Below the pieces are notes generated by a model, which saw nothing but the letters and a program-made list of their open reading frames with translations, searched no databases and had not been told where the DNA came from. DNA of 64,000 bases, from assembly GCA_004431415.1 (NCBI GenBank), contig QPMI01000267.1, positions 20,730-84,729 of the forward strand, given 5' to 3'. Source of the stretch: Cyanophora paradoxa CCMP329 (Eukaryota; Plantae; Glaucophyta). Position 1 is the first letter of the stretch; every line of letters begins with the position of its first letter. Of this stretch, positions 43,301-54,900 are shown piece after piece. The translations under genes were made by a program, and so were the position numbers.

Positions 43301-45547
43301 TGGCGCCGGCCGCGACAAGGAGCGCGAGCCGGGCCGCCGCCCATCGCCTTCGTCGCGCTGCCGCCCCTCGAGTCGCGCGAGGAGCGCCTGCGCGTGCTCG
43401 CCGCCCTCGCGGGGCGCCTCCCGAGCGGCCCCCGAGGCCTCCTCGCCCGCCTCGCCCTCGAGCCCGCGCCGCCTCCCCGCCTTCCTCCGCCTCCTCCTCC
43501 AGCGCGCCCTCGCCGCCGGCCTCCCGACGCCCTCGGCGCCCAGCTCGAGGCCTGCTCCTCCCCGTCGCCGCGGGGGGCGCCAGCCCGCGGCCCCGCCCCG
43601 CCTCCCCGCTCCCCGTCGCCCCGGGCTCCTCCCTGCACGCGCTCGTCTCGCTGGACGGGCGGCGGGCGGCGCTGGCGCTGGACCTGCCGCTGGGCGAGCT
43701 CGCGGAGAAGTACCTCGCCTGGGGCGACCGGGAGCGCTCCTCGGCCGCCTCGGCCGCCCGCCCCGCCGAGGCCTACTTCCGCTTCATCGAGGGGGCCACG
43801 CGCGAGCGCTCCCCGCTCCGCGCCCTCGAGTGCGCCCGCCTCCTCCTCCTCCCCTACGGCCGCGCCCAGGGCGGCGGCTGGTCGGACGCCCCCGCCCTCG
43901 GCTCCGGGGACGCCGCGGCGCTGCGGCGGGCGGACCTCGCGGCGCTGACGGGCCGCGGGAGGCGGCCGAGCGGCGCGCCGCGTGGCTCTACGACGCCGGC
44001 CTGCCCCCGGTGCGCCCCGCCCCGCCTCCGGGGCCGGCGCGGTTTCCGGGGGCGCGCGCCGACGGGGCGGGCGGGCGGCAGGTGCTGTTGGACGCCCTCC
44101 GCGCGCAGTTGCGCCACATGTTCGCCCCGGCGCCGGCCCCGCCGAGCGCCCCGCGGGGGCGCCGCCGCCCTCTCCGGGGCACTCGGGCCCGCGCGCCCGT
44201 GCCGCATGGGCCGCTGGTGGCGCTGGTGCAGACGGTGCTGGCGATGCTCTACGTCGAGGAGGCCGCCGCGCTCCGCCGGCGGGCGCGCGGGGCGGGGGCG
44301 CTCGCGGAGCCCCTCTCCCGCCTCGCCTCGCTGCTCGCGCGCTTCAAGCCCTGGAGCGGCCTCGGCCTCGCCACCCCTCCTCGAGGCCGACGTGCCTCCC
44401 CCGCCCGCCCGCCCGCCCCGCCCGAGCGTCGCCAACGCGCCGCCCAGGTCCGCGTCCTCCTCGACTCTTCTGACGGCGGTCCGACCCCTCACCTCGCCCC
44501 CCGCCGCCCCTCCGCCGCTGAGGGGACCGCAGGGGACGCCGACGGGCGGGGCCGGCGGGAGGCGGCGGCAGAGGCCGCGCGGGGCCGCCTGCAGATCGCC
44601 CTCGCCGGTCACGTGCGCTCGCCTTAGGCGCCGGGCTCGGCCGGCCCGGCGCGGGCTCACTCGCGTGCGGGGCGGCAGGCGGCGGAGCTGGCGCCCTCGC
44701 TGGTGGGCGGGGAGTCGCTCTCGGCGCTGGCGGAGGCGACGGTGGCGTCGGCGCTGGACCGGGCGGCGCGCGAGCTCGGCTCCTCGAAGCCGGCCGAGGT
44801 GCTCGTCTTCGCCGTCGCCCTCTCCAGCGCCGGGCCCTCCGAGGCCGACCTCCTCGCCCTCACCGACTGGACCCGCGACGAGTGGCGCCGCGTCTGCGAG
44901 GCCCGCCCCCGCCCCGCCGCCCCGCCCCCGCCCCCGCCCCCGCCTCACGCCCCTCTCAGCTCATGGGCCCCGTGCTCGAGCGCTCGGGGGGGCGGGTCTC
45001 CTTCACGGATGCGCGCGTGGCGCAAGCGGCCCTCGACGCGATCATGGACGGCGACGGGACGCCGGCCGGGCGGCACGGCGCCGCCCAGCGCCGCGTGGAG
45101 TGGCACAAGTTCGCGGTGCGCAGCGGATACGCGTCGGAGGTGCGGCGGGCGGAGGAGGAGAGCTACCACAAGGCGTGGCTGAAGCGGCCCGTGGGGTGCG
45201 CCTGCGGGCGGTGCGACGAGTCGCGCATCCAGGTGCTCGGGGCGCTCCCCAAGCGGGCCAGCGCGGCGCGGCACGTGCCGCCGGACGGCCTCGTGGGGAA
45301 GGCGGCGCGCTTCGCCCCGAACCTCGCCCGGCCCCTCGTCCTCCCCCGCGAACAGCTCGTGCGCCTCGGCGCAAGCCATCCCTCGCTCTTGCAGATCGGT
45401 GACGGCGCGCAGGAGGACCGGATCGGGCGGCTGTACAGGACGGGGACGGCGCGGATGAGGCGGGAGGTGGAGATGCGGGCGGAGGAGAAGCAGGCGGCGG
45501 CGGCGCGCGCCGCCGCCAACAGGGCTTACGTCGAGCAGCTCCGCGCC
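40397..45547 (+). CDS. DUF4062 + P-loop NTPase protein (TEP1/NPHP3/TTC41-like architecture), 5' part; last exon interrupted by the Polinton-like element
   Basis: VRVYLCCDFDEFREEREAL..., GVSFDWVDMRWG, RCLDEVERAAPFFVGLLGNRYG (DUF4062 pattern); a Walker A-like VVVKG.AGAGKTTLAARW and a Walker B-like IVLVLDGA. Confidence 0.8.
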
Positions 45548-45974
45548 AAAAAATGAGAGAGGACCTGATTCTGTGGCCCACCCCTCTTCACCACCCTCAC
45601 CTCTCCGAACCCACCCCAACCCACCCAATCCAGCGTCTTCCCAGCCATCACTCTCGCCAACCCTTCCGCTACGTCTACCGCCCTTCTCTCCCTCTGGTCT
45701 ACCTCCCCTTCCATCCAGCAACCACTAGGTACTATCTAACGTCTACTCCAATCGATCTTGCAAAAGATATAGCAGTGATTTGAGACGGGCCCCAACGCGA
45801 CGGTCTGCAGAGATAGCTTAATCAGCAGCTAGGCGTTAATACTGTGTTCTTCCTATCTAAATAGCGGAGAGGTTTCCAGGTTCTAGCTAGACGATAAAAC
45901 TATATAATCGAAGCTGATTGCATATGCGAGTTTAGGTTCTAGTTAGTCAATAATACTGTGTGGATGATAGCGCC
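45548..45974 (+). repeat. Left terminal inverted repeat (427 bp)
   Basis: Reverse complement of 56164-56592; I see only two homopolymer-length differences and one substitution. Confidence 0.97.
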
Positions 45975-45981
45975 AGTAGCA

Positions 45982-46375
45982 ATGTTGAAGATTTGGACAG
46001 GAAGTCCTAAAAACGAAAAGATCGAGAGATGTTGAAGATTTGGACAGAAAGTATAGTAATGTAGACGAGCTTCTATGCGCTGGCATAAAGTATAGTAATG
46101 TAGACGAGCTTCTATGCGCTGGCATAAAAGTATAGTAATGTAGACGAGCTTCTATGCGCTGGCATAAAAGTATAGTAATGTAGACGAGCTTCTATGCGCT
46201 GGCATAAAAGTGATAGTGCGCTGATAGTGCGCTGATAGTGCGCTGATAGTGCGCTGATAGCTAGCCGGAGACAAGCCGAGACAAGCCCGAGACAAGCCCT
46301 GTGCCAAGCCGGATCCGGAGACCAAGCCCGAGCCAAGCCGTCAAGCCAATCGTTACAGGCATCGTTACAGGCATT
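45982..46375. repeat. Subterminal tandem repeat cluster: 19-mer x2, 40/41-mer x4, 11-mer GTGCGCTGATA x4, ~10-mer GACAAGCC x~5, 12-mer x2
   Basis: AAAGTATAGTAATGTAGACGAGCTTCTATGCGCTGGCATA repeated 46048-46210, followed by the shorter arrays. Confidence 0.93.
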
Positions 46376-47029
46376 CACTCCAGCGATGCCGGAGCCTAGC
46401 TTAGTGAAGCCGCTCAGCATTGGCTTGTACTCGATCGCCGGCCCGACAGGATCAGCACTGCTAGAGGCGATGCGCAGGATCGATGCGTTAGCTACAGGCA
46501 GCTCGCTAGCATTCTCATCGACCTCGGGGATCGCAACAATCGTCTTAGCAGGAACAGCAGATGCAGGAGGGGCAACCTTCTTATCGACCTTTGTCTTCGT
46601 GATCGGTTCATTTAAAATCTTGTTCTCCATCTTAGTCTCAGCCGCGATGCCAGCTATAAGATCACTAGCTCGCTTCTTTGAAACTGTTTTAAGACCGGTC
46701 ACAGTTTTAATGAAATACCTGCTACGATTAGCCGTCTCTGAGATGTACAGCGGCCCATCGTCGGTATTCCTTAGCTTGCTAGTCTTGGTCTTCTTAGTCC
46801 GAGAATTCGGGATCTTATCAAGAATAGCGTTCTCATCGGCGGTAAGAGCATAGTCGTTGGATGCACCCTCACCGCCACCAGCGCGACGGGCTAGCGGGTA
46901 AGCATCAGTATCACCACTCAAGAACTCGATGTGATTCTTCTTAGTAGGGCTGGAAGTGCGCAGCCAAGACTGCATGTCTGTCGACTTCTTTCGCGGAGTG
47001 CGCAGCCGAGACTGCTTGTCTGTCGACAT
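46112..47029 (-). CDS. Hypothetical basic (Lys/Arg/Ser/Thr-rich) protein of the element; 3' end uncertain
   Basis: 305-aa ORF starting 4 nt after the mCP stop, with AAAGATG start context; duplicated N-terminal STD(K/M)QS(R/W)LRT; runs into the subterminal repeats. Confidence 0.6.
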   Translation of the reverse strand: MSTDKQSRLRTPRKKSTDMQSWLRTSSPTKKNHIEFLSGDTDAYPLARRAGGGEGASNDYALTADENAILDKIPNSRTKKTKTSKLRNTDDGPLYISETANRSRYFIKTVTGLKTVSKKRASDLIAGIAAETKMENKILNEPITKTKVDKKVAPPASAVPAKTIVAIPEVDENASELPVANASILRIASSSADPVGPAIEYKPMLSGFTKLGSGIAGVNACNDACNDWLDGLARAWSPDPAWHRACLGLVSACLRLAISALSAHYQRTISALSLLCQRIEARLHYYTFMPAHRSSSTLLYFYASA

Positions 47030-47032
47030 CTT

Positions 47033-47930
47033 TTAACTAGTAGTGGGAAAAAACTTATGCGAACGATCTGTCGAAGGGACGTACTCGCTGGCTGCATTCT
47101 TGATTGCGGATTTAGCAGCAGCAGACGTGTAAGAGACATCCTCGATATCGAACTCTAGCACGAACGAGAACTCCGTGTTTGTGACAGCGTCTGTTCCATT
47201 ATGATAGCGCAGCGATATGTCAAGTTCAGACAGCTCAGCGTTTCGATCGAAGCCTGTGACGGGAACACGATCCTCAGATGTGAACTTGATGAGCTCCCCG
47301 AATTTTGAGTCGATGTGAATCTTTGCGATCGAGCCCGTTGTATAGGGGTTAAGTGTCAAGATCGAGCCTTTGATCTGCTGAATGTACAGGAACAAATACG
47401 TGTGATAAAGTAGATCAACTGGCATATCGCTGAACAGCTCGTACGAATATTGTACGCCATCGATTGTCTCAGGTGTGTCAAGCTCACTGGAAAGGTCACT
47501 GAGAGTCTTCGCAAACCGAGCAGGTTCGCTAGTTCGGCCGATGTGAAGCTCAAAATAAAGTCCGCTTCACACAGGAACCTAAGCCGCATTGAGATCTCTT
47601 CGAACTGAACGACGAACTTGCGCTGATAAGTAGTTCCACCGTAACTATACTGCTGGGTTTTAAGAAGCGTGCTTAGATAGTTTGCAAGGGAGGTTGGCGT
47701 ATAGACTCCGGGCTTGAAAGTGTTGGCACGTGTTTTCTCAACGCCAGAGGGATCAAGGGTGCCGGTGATAATTGCGGCTTGTGTGGACAGGTTGAACATG
47801 TTATGAAACAGTTCTAGCGAATCAACTCGCACCGACTTTACATTAACGAGGGGCCTTGGGAGATTGATCTTGAAATTCGAGGACGTGCCTTCGAACCGGT
47901 CCTAGAATCGACATTTACGCGGAGCTTCAT
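47033..47930 (-). CDS. Minor capsid protein (penton, single jelly-roll), frameshifted in this assembly
   Basis: N-terminus MKLRVNVDSR(D)RFEGTSSNFKINLPRPLVNVKSVRV and C-terminus LSELDISLRYHNG...TEFSFVLEF match the PLV/NCLDV penton pattern. Confidence 0.8.
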
Positions 47931-47974
47931 CTTTACAACAATATGCATGAAAATTTTCTGGTCTATAATAGCAA

Positions 47975-49200
47975 ATGGCGCAAGCAGGAACAACTCTAAA
48001 GGAGCTCCTCACTACCAAAGGTTCAAGCGAGCTTTATCTATCCCGGGTCTCACTGTCGGTGTCAGCCCCAAGTTCAAGCCTTTCCTTGAAACGATCCGTC
48101 CGCGAGGCAACTCGTACGGCTTCGCGCAGACTGCCGCTTTCGACCTTCCGCGCAAGCAACTTCTAAACGGTGTCTCGCTATACTTTAAGGTCAGCGTCGC
48201 TGGCGGAGCGGCCGCCTCAGTGCTGCCGAATGGCGCAGGTGCATTTATTGAAAACGTGCGCTTTGTTCATGGATCCTTCAAGATGGTGATCCCAGGAGAC
48301 TGGCTTACTGTGAACGCGCTCATCGATAATAGCGTTGCATCCGCCCAGGCTTTTGCTAGCAGCTACGGCTTTGGAAAGGACGCTGCTCTTGAGATTCTCG
48401 ATGCCAGTCGCGAGTATGTGCTAAAGATCCCTCCCAGCTCTGGGACAATTCATACTTCCCGCTCCTCGCACTGGCTGACATGCCCACCGTCGAGATTGAC
48501 TTCCGTTCGGCTTCGGTGGTTGGAACTGTCGCTAGTGCTGTTGCAACTCTAACGGATTGTGCCCTGGTTTGCCAGTTCGTGAATATCCCTAGCGAAGAGG
48601 CTGAGTCTATGCTTAAATCTGCAAACGAGAGCGGTGGTATTCGAATTCCTTTCACCGAGATTATTTCAAAGCGCTCGAGGCAGTTAAAGACTGACGACGC
48701 GGGAATGCAGTCGAAATCTCCCTTGCCAACGTCAGCGGCCTTGTGCACGCGATCCTGATGACAGTGCGTAATGCGAATCACCTGGGCACTCGCAATCACA
48801 ATTCATTTGCTGGCAACGGAAATGCGCTGAAAATCGATTCGTTTGAGATCATGCACAACAACCGAACTCTCGACATCAGCAATAAGCCAATCTCTGGGTT
48901 TGTATCATCGTGCTATCACATTCCAACTCAATACCGCGGTGCAACACTGGCAATTCAGCTCTTGGCTTCGAGGACGGAAATGTCTATGGGATTGTGCTTT
49001 CGAAATCTGGCAAAGACTCACTGCATAACGCTGTCCTCGGCTACACAGACTTCTTTAATTCCAGCAGCAGCTACTGCTCGCTAACTGTGACCGGCTGCAC
49101 AAACGCAGCGCCAGCAGTTGTTGACTTCCACGTCCTGCGCCACAATGTTCTCGTAATTAACTCGTATCAAATGTCAACTCTAAAGGTAAGTAACTTCTAG
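47975..49200 (+). CDS. Major capsid protein (double jelly-roll), frameshifted in this assembly
   Basis: About 400 aa across the frames: YGFAQTAAFDLPR..LLNGVSLYFKV, GAFIENVRF, YFPLLAL..PTVEIDFRS, IDSFEIMHN, C-terminal RHNVLVI; lies between penton and ATPase. Confidence 0.82.
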
Positions 49201-49890
49201 ATGGATATCAAACTGTTTGATCCTACAGAAATAAAACTGCCTAAACGGTTCTTGTTTGTCGGTCCAACAAACTCGGCAAGAGCACCTACGTAAAACACGT
49301 GCTAAATGCTGTAGCGCCACAGTTAGACGATATTTACGTCTTCAGTACGACCGCATTTACTGGGCAATGGAATGATACAACACGACCAAGTAATATCCAG
49401 GAAGAATGGATCCAGTTTTGGTTGAAGCGCTGCTAGAACGACAAAAAGAAAGAAGACGCAAAAATGATGATCGCAAGATTGCAATTGTTTTAGACGATTT
49501 ACTTGACAATGACCTAGTAAATGTCCACAGTGACAGACTCATGCAAAAGCTATTTACTTCTGGCCGTCATTACAACACCACCCTTTTCATAACGACTCAA
49601 CGTCTTTGTGGCATCAGTCCGACGATTCGCGGAACTGTGAGTACGTTTGCTTTTCGTCGATTTTGAGCAATGTTAAAGAGTTCAACACTTGCTTCGACGA
49701 ATATAATGCCGGAGCGAGTCGAGCAAATCTAATGCGTCTTTTCGTTGAATGGGTCATTCGTTTCAGGTTTTGATATATGAAGGCGTGAGCGCGGACCGCG
49801 TTTATGCTGTTGACAAAGCCTCTGGAACGACTTCGGCTCTATTGCGCTTTGTGCGCGTAAAAAGCAGCGCGATCGAAAGTCGGTAGCCAG
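49201..49890 (+). CDS. A32-like (FtsK/HerA) genome-packaging ATPase, frameshifted; 3' end approximate
   Basis: FLFVGPTNS(G)KST Walker A, IAIVLDDL Walker B, LFTSGRHYN and ITTQ...ISPTIR.N motifs. Confidence 0.92.
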
Positions 49891-50089
49891 GACTGTTTGA
49901 GCAACCAACTTGTATATTCTGGACGTGATGTCGCGATCCACAGGTAGGAGGCTCCTTTAAAATACCAAAGCTGATGCAGTGACTTGGGGTGAGTTGACTC
50001 CTGCCTGGCCAACAGTCTTCTAGATTTAACTCTTCCTCTGCCGTTTCGAGTTCGAGTTCCATTAAAAAGATAAAGGGGTGTTATTCCCT

Positions 50090-50661
50090 TCATTCAAACC
50101 TGTGGAAGTTCAGCCGCAGAAACGGCTTGTCCTCTTCGCTGGTATGTTCTATAACGTAAGCATCACGAGCTTGAGCTGCTGCTTCGGCGGTTGCAAAGTA
50201 GCCGATGTTCTTTAGACGGCCATTGATCCTGTAATTTGCTTTCCATTTACAAAGTCGCTCATAGAAGCTGACGCCAATGAATCCTGATGTGTTTGTGAGC
50301 CGACGGTTTTGGTTCAACATCTGCTGACGCTTTGTCGCCAAACGTAGATTCTCGCGACGATTATCGAGTTTGTTATTATTAATGTGATCTACAGTAAGGT
50401 CATTCTCAAGTCTCCAACAATGAACGTATGCAAATACATATTCTTTCCATTGATCTTGCTCGAGGTATAACCATTGTTCAAACACCATCGTTTCTCCAGC
50501 ACTCGATCAGCATCATCCTGTGATACAAAAGCGTAGGCGACGATTACTTTGCGCCGATTGCGAATACCGCCTAACGGAATCAAAGCAGCTCCTCTGGAAC
50601 ATCTGGAACGATGACCTCCATCTGCGCAGCGAGCTGCTTGTCTGCGACTTTTTCGTTACAT
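50090..50661 (-). CDS. HNH endonuclease with C-terminal AP2 DNA-binding domain, frameshifted; start approximate
   Basis: MYLHTFI...VDHINNNKLDNRRENLR (HNH) followed by NTSGFIGVSF...KWKA...IGYFATAEAAAQARD (AP2). Confidence 0.92.
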
Positions 50662-50827
50662 TTACAGTTTGCATTATCTTTAAGACTTAAAAGTCGCGCT
50701 AATTTGTCTTAAAAGGATTTATGTCTCTTATTATTGAGAGACAAACCGAACAATGACTTCTGCAATTACTGCGGATTGCGTTGCGGTTAAACGTGGCGTG
50801 GGCGACCCCTAAGGTTCGTCTTTTAAC

Positions 50828-51094
50828 AATGGAGCCTTATCAGCCGAAGAAGAAGGGGCCTAAACGATGGAGGTCACCCCGGAGATTTTAGCAGAGCGAC
50901 GCAGAAAGAATGCTGAACGCAATCGCAAACTGCGCCACACGAACGAAACATACCGTTTGAAACAGCTTGCCATCACAGCGAAGTATCGAGCTGAGAATCC
51001 TGATAGGATCCGGGAGTACCACAGGAATGCTATTGCGCGTAGATGCCTCGCGAAGAGCGGAGCTTCTGTAGAGCTCGAGGTGATGCAGCTTTAG
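50828..51094 (+). CDS. Small basic hypothetical protein
   Basis: RRRKNAERNRK...KYRAENPDRIREYHR charged helical pattern common in small viral ORFs; ATG at 50828 (needs one indel) or 50867. Confidence 0.5.
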
Positions 51095-51979
51095 CACCTG
51101 CTCGTAGCTTTGGCTCCCCTGCAATCTCAAGCTTCTTGAGCTCTCGATACTGCCGGCTTTGACCGCTGTATTTTTTTGTTTCGATCAAACCCTCACGTCT
51201 CAATCGTCTCTGCTGTCGCATTTGCACTTCTTCTTTTTCGATTCGTGTTTGAGGTGCAAGCTCACGCGGTTGACATATTTCCGATGGTTTAACACGTCTA
51301 GAAATTTCCACACCCTGTTTTGTAACGAGTCGAACACGGTTCTTGTCTGCGCCAGCAACTATGTACGTCTCCTTGCTTGGCTTTGTGGTTCCCTTCGCAA
51401 AAACGCTTGGCTTCGGCTCCAGGACTTGCACTTCGGTCCCTGTGCGCGGTATGTTCGAATTGTCTCGTTCAATATCGTTCTGTCGCTGTCTAACTTGATG
51501 CAGCTGCTCGGCTACCTGTGTATTTTCCCGCATCCACTTTGGTGAGTGCTCCCGCCGAAAGAGCTGTGGGCTGTTTCATTGTACGCCTTGACAATTGCCG
51601 GCAAACGTGAGAGGAAATGCGGGGAGCCACGAGCTTCTGTATCAGTCTGAATCAGTGCTCGCAATGTCCTCGCGAACCTGTCGATAATTCCCAGCTTGGA
51701 GCCTTTTGAAATGTGATCATCCTTAGCCACATCAGTGTGCATTTTCAACGAGTTCTCTTCAGCCATTTCCCGAATTGCTGCTGTGTTGAAGCCGTTGTCT
51801 CCTGAAAAGCCCCATATTCCAGGTAGCTGCTCGATCATTTTTGGAAGCTGCTTAAAAGTCTCGAGCTTACGGACCACAGCGAAACGGGTTGCAATCTCGA
51901 CCGCTGCGAACAGGCGAAATCTCCCAATGAACAGCACGTCAATTTGCCACGCACCGGGTGGCGCAGTAATCTGGTACAT
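51030..51979 (-). CDS. Retroviral-like (rve) integrase, one frameshift near 51540
   Basis: WQIDVLF...AVEIATRF (D1), FSGDNG (D2), KLGIIDRFARTL (third acidic residue), YNETAHSS, and a C-terminal GTEVQV...FAKG segment. Confidence 0.9.
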
Positions 51980-51988
51980 CTTTGTAAA

Positions 51989-54900
51989 TCAGGCGCGATT
52001 TTTATAATGTCCAATCGCTCGGGTGTTGATCCCGTCAGTCTCGAGGAAGCGTTTGGTATCAAGGGATGTAGAGCCTGACGCGAGGTTCGTTGTAAATAAA
52101 TCTCATGTAGTTTCGAGCGGAAACCGAGAATTCCTTTGATGTCATACGATTGCTTTTCTCCCTCTTTAGGGCAGACGCACCGGAAGAATACATCCTTGTG
52201 AGTCTGTTGTAGTACGTCTTTTGAATACCCTTGCATACCTGCTTGTCCGTGGAATCTTCACGCGAATAATAGTAAGATTTCGGCCGGTTAGCGATCCACT
52301 CTGTCATTTGCAGACCATGGAGCTCATCCTTGAATAATCCCGGAGTTTTCCCCATCGATCGTAGAGCTCGAACCTCATCGGCTGTCATGCCATCGAAGAA
52401 TCGATGTGTCTCTGGGTAGTCGCTAACATCCAGCTCATGCTTGATTGAGCGTAAATCAGCATAGATATCTTTGGTGCGAACCTCGATGATGAGACTGTCA
52501 GTATCCGTACCTAATAGTGTCAGCCGCTGGCCCCAAAGCAGCTTGAGCACCTGGTAGTAAAAGCGGTACATGTGCAGCTTGGAAAGTTCGAGGATGACGA
52601 ACCCGCAGTAGATAGGTTTGTTCAGATTGTACTCACTTTTGCGCTTGGAAACGAATACAAGGTTCTCTTCGTACATCACCACCTGCTTCAACCGATTTGG
52701 TTCGCTGTTGATCTTCACCAGACGGTCTCCCGAAGTCACAAGCTCTGAAAAGCAGTGCTTTCTCACGTTCTCCATTGTTTTGCCAAAGACACTGTTGTTC
52801 ATCAACTTGTAAAGGTCCTTCTGGTATGTGAACTGCGATTCTTTACGTTTTTGAGTATTGAGATCTATGAAACGCCCTAGCCATGCGCTTTGTTCGTACG
52901 ATAGGATCCGATGGATGTTGGTTACTATCATTCCCAGTGACGTATAGAGCTGAAGCAAGCGTCCATCAACAACATAATTCTTTTTTGGAAGCAGATTTGG
53001 AACGAGCTTTGGAGTTCGTTCAACTGAGGTAAGCTTCTCGTCGTTAATCATATCCTGTTGTCGCTTTGATAGGTGTTCCTTGGACACACACATCCGTTCA
53101 GGGGCCAGCGGATAGTCTGAGAACTCGTCATGGAGATGCTCAGGCATGTACATATCGACTTCGAGAGCATAGCCACGAGCTCCATCCGCGTCAAGGCTTG
53201 CAACGTACTGCATTACATCAACGTCTTGATCTAGTTTATCCCAGCGGAAATCTCCTGTGGGTAGCTTGCGCTTCATTGCGACGCCGTACAAGTTGTTTGC
53301 ATCGAGGTACATGAGCCACGATTCCTTGTGTGTTCGGTAGTAGTTAGAAATGCATGTAGACTGTGAGACTGTAGGCTCAACAGCGTGGGTGTACTTGTTG
53401 AACTTTATGCTCAAATATTTGTTCTCAGCTCGTGCGTAGCGTTTTGAGATCATTGAGATTCCGCCCCTGATCCCGGATTCTATAAATCTGTGCATATCCT
53501 GCTGCCCTCGTGAAAGAGCTCGAGCTTCACTCCAGTGTGCTTAAGTGCTGCCTGCCAAGCAAATCCGGCGATGACATAAAATAGCTAGGATCTAGGCCAT
53601 ACGTTTCAATACACGTATCACGATAGTTTTCAAACACGTCAGCTAGTAACGCGATATCTGTCATCATATACTCCATTGTATAGCCTGATAGCGTTCTGCA
53701 GCCGAGCTCTCGCCAAACAGCCTTCGCATGTGCGTACTCATCTTTCGTGCATTTCTTCTGTTTAAGCTGATTTTTGAAATAACGACGTGCAGGCAGTTTA
53801 GACTCCTGAAAGCGAGCCCAGCTCGTCATGTAGTCATAAGGGTAAATCCCTTTGCTAGTCATCAGCTTGAACGAGTCTCGTCCAGATACAGCGAGCGCGT
53901 GATCTTCTTCTTCTCCGCGGGCAGAGCCTTTGCAAGGTCGTCCAAGCTCGCATTCAAGTGCTGAGCCGAGTCCCGTAGAACGTAAATTCCATACTTGAAC
54001 TGCGAAATTCGCTCGCTATTCTGGAAGACCTGATCGAATTTTATCGAAAGGAGACTCTGCGGGCGGAGCCGGCGTTCGAGCCCTTCTTCGCCTTCTTTTT
54101 CTGCTCTGGGGTCATCTCACGCCCACCGTACTTGCTTTCAAACTCGCTTTCGACATGCGCTTGAAACTCCTTCCAAGCTGCTAAACGACGGTTATAGCCA
54201 GATGCTAGAGCACGTACGAGCAGGTGGAAGTCAAATCCTCGACCGTTGTGCCAGAATAATGGAACAGCAGCTGATTCGCGCGGCGTCGATTGCAAGCTCT
54301 GCAGGCAGCCCCGAAATATCGGCCAGATTCGTGGCAGTGATCACGGTGCTTGTCTTTCGCATCCTTGAACGTGTTCTTGCACATGTAGCACTCGGTCGTC
54401 GTTTGAAAACGCTGCTCCTCTTCCTGAGTAATCTGGATTGGTGCAGTCTCTCGCAAAAGCTCTCGGAATTGTGGTTCATTTCGTCCAACCATTGCACGAA
54501 CTTCTCAGTGCAGTCCTCGCTCTCCGAACCCATGTATTTGAAACAAAACTGTTCACCTTTTGAAGATACAACCAGACAGCCGACTGAAGCAATCACATGC
54601 ACACCTTTCTTTTCGGTCTTTCCACTAATGCAGGGAATTGGCATTGTAATCGTCTCTGAATCAGCATATCCGACCAGACGTTGCCGGATTGAGTACTCAA
54701 AGTTAATAAACTTCTGGATATGTGCTCCTTTCTCCGGCAGAACATCTCTTGCGTGTTCATCCCGATCAAGGCAACGGTCATATTTCAGATGATTTTCAAA
54801 TGCTTGATCTGAGCTAAAACCGACCTGGCAGGCTAAGCAATAGTGCTTTGCATTTGATTCGTTCTTTCGGAACAGTCGTGAGACGCTCTTAATCCAGAGG

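Noticed and set aside
45553-45783. ORF MREDLILWPTP... in both TIRs
   Set aside because: Its His/Pro/Leu composition follows from the C/T skew of the TIR; no other coding evidence.
46048-46210. 40/41-bp repeats as a CRISPR-like array
   Set aside because: The repeats are directly adjacent with no unique spacers, and there are no cas genes.
49802-50093. Short minus-strand ORFs between the ATPase and HNH genes as the missing protease
   Set aside because: Under 90 aa, overlapping the ATPase 3' end, with no His/Asp/Gln-Cys protease motifs.
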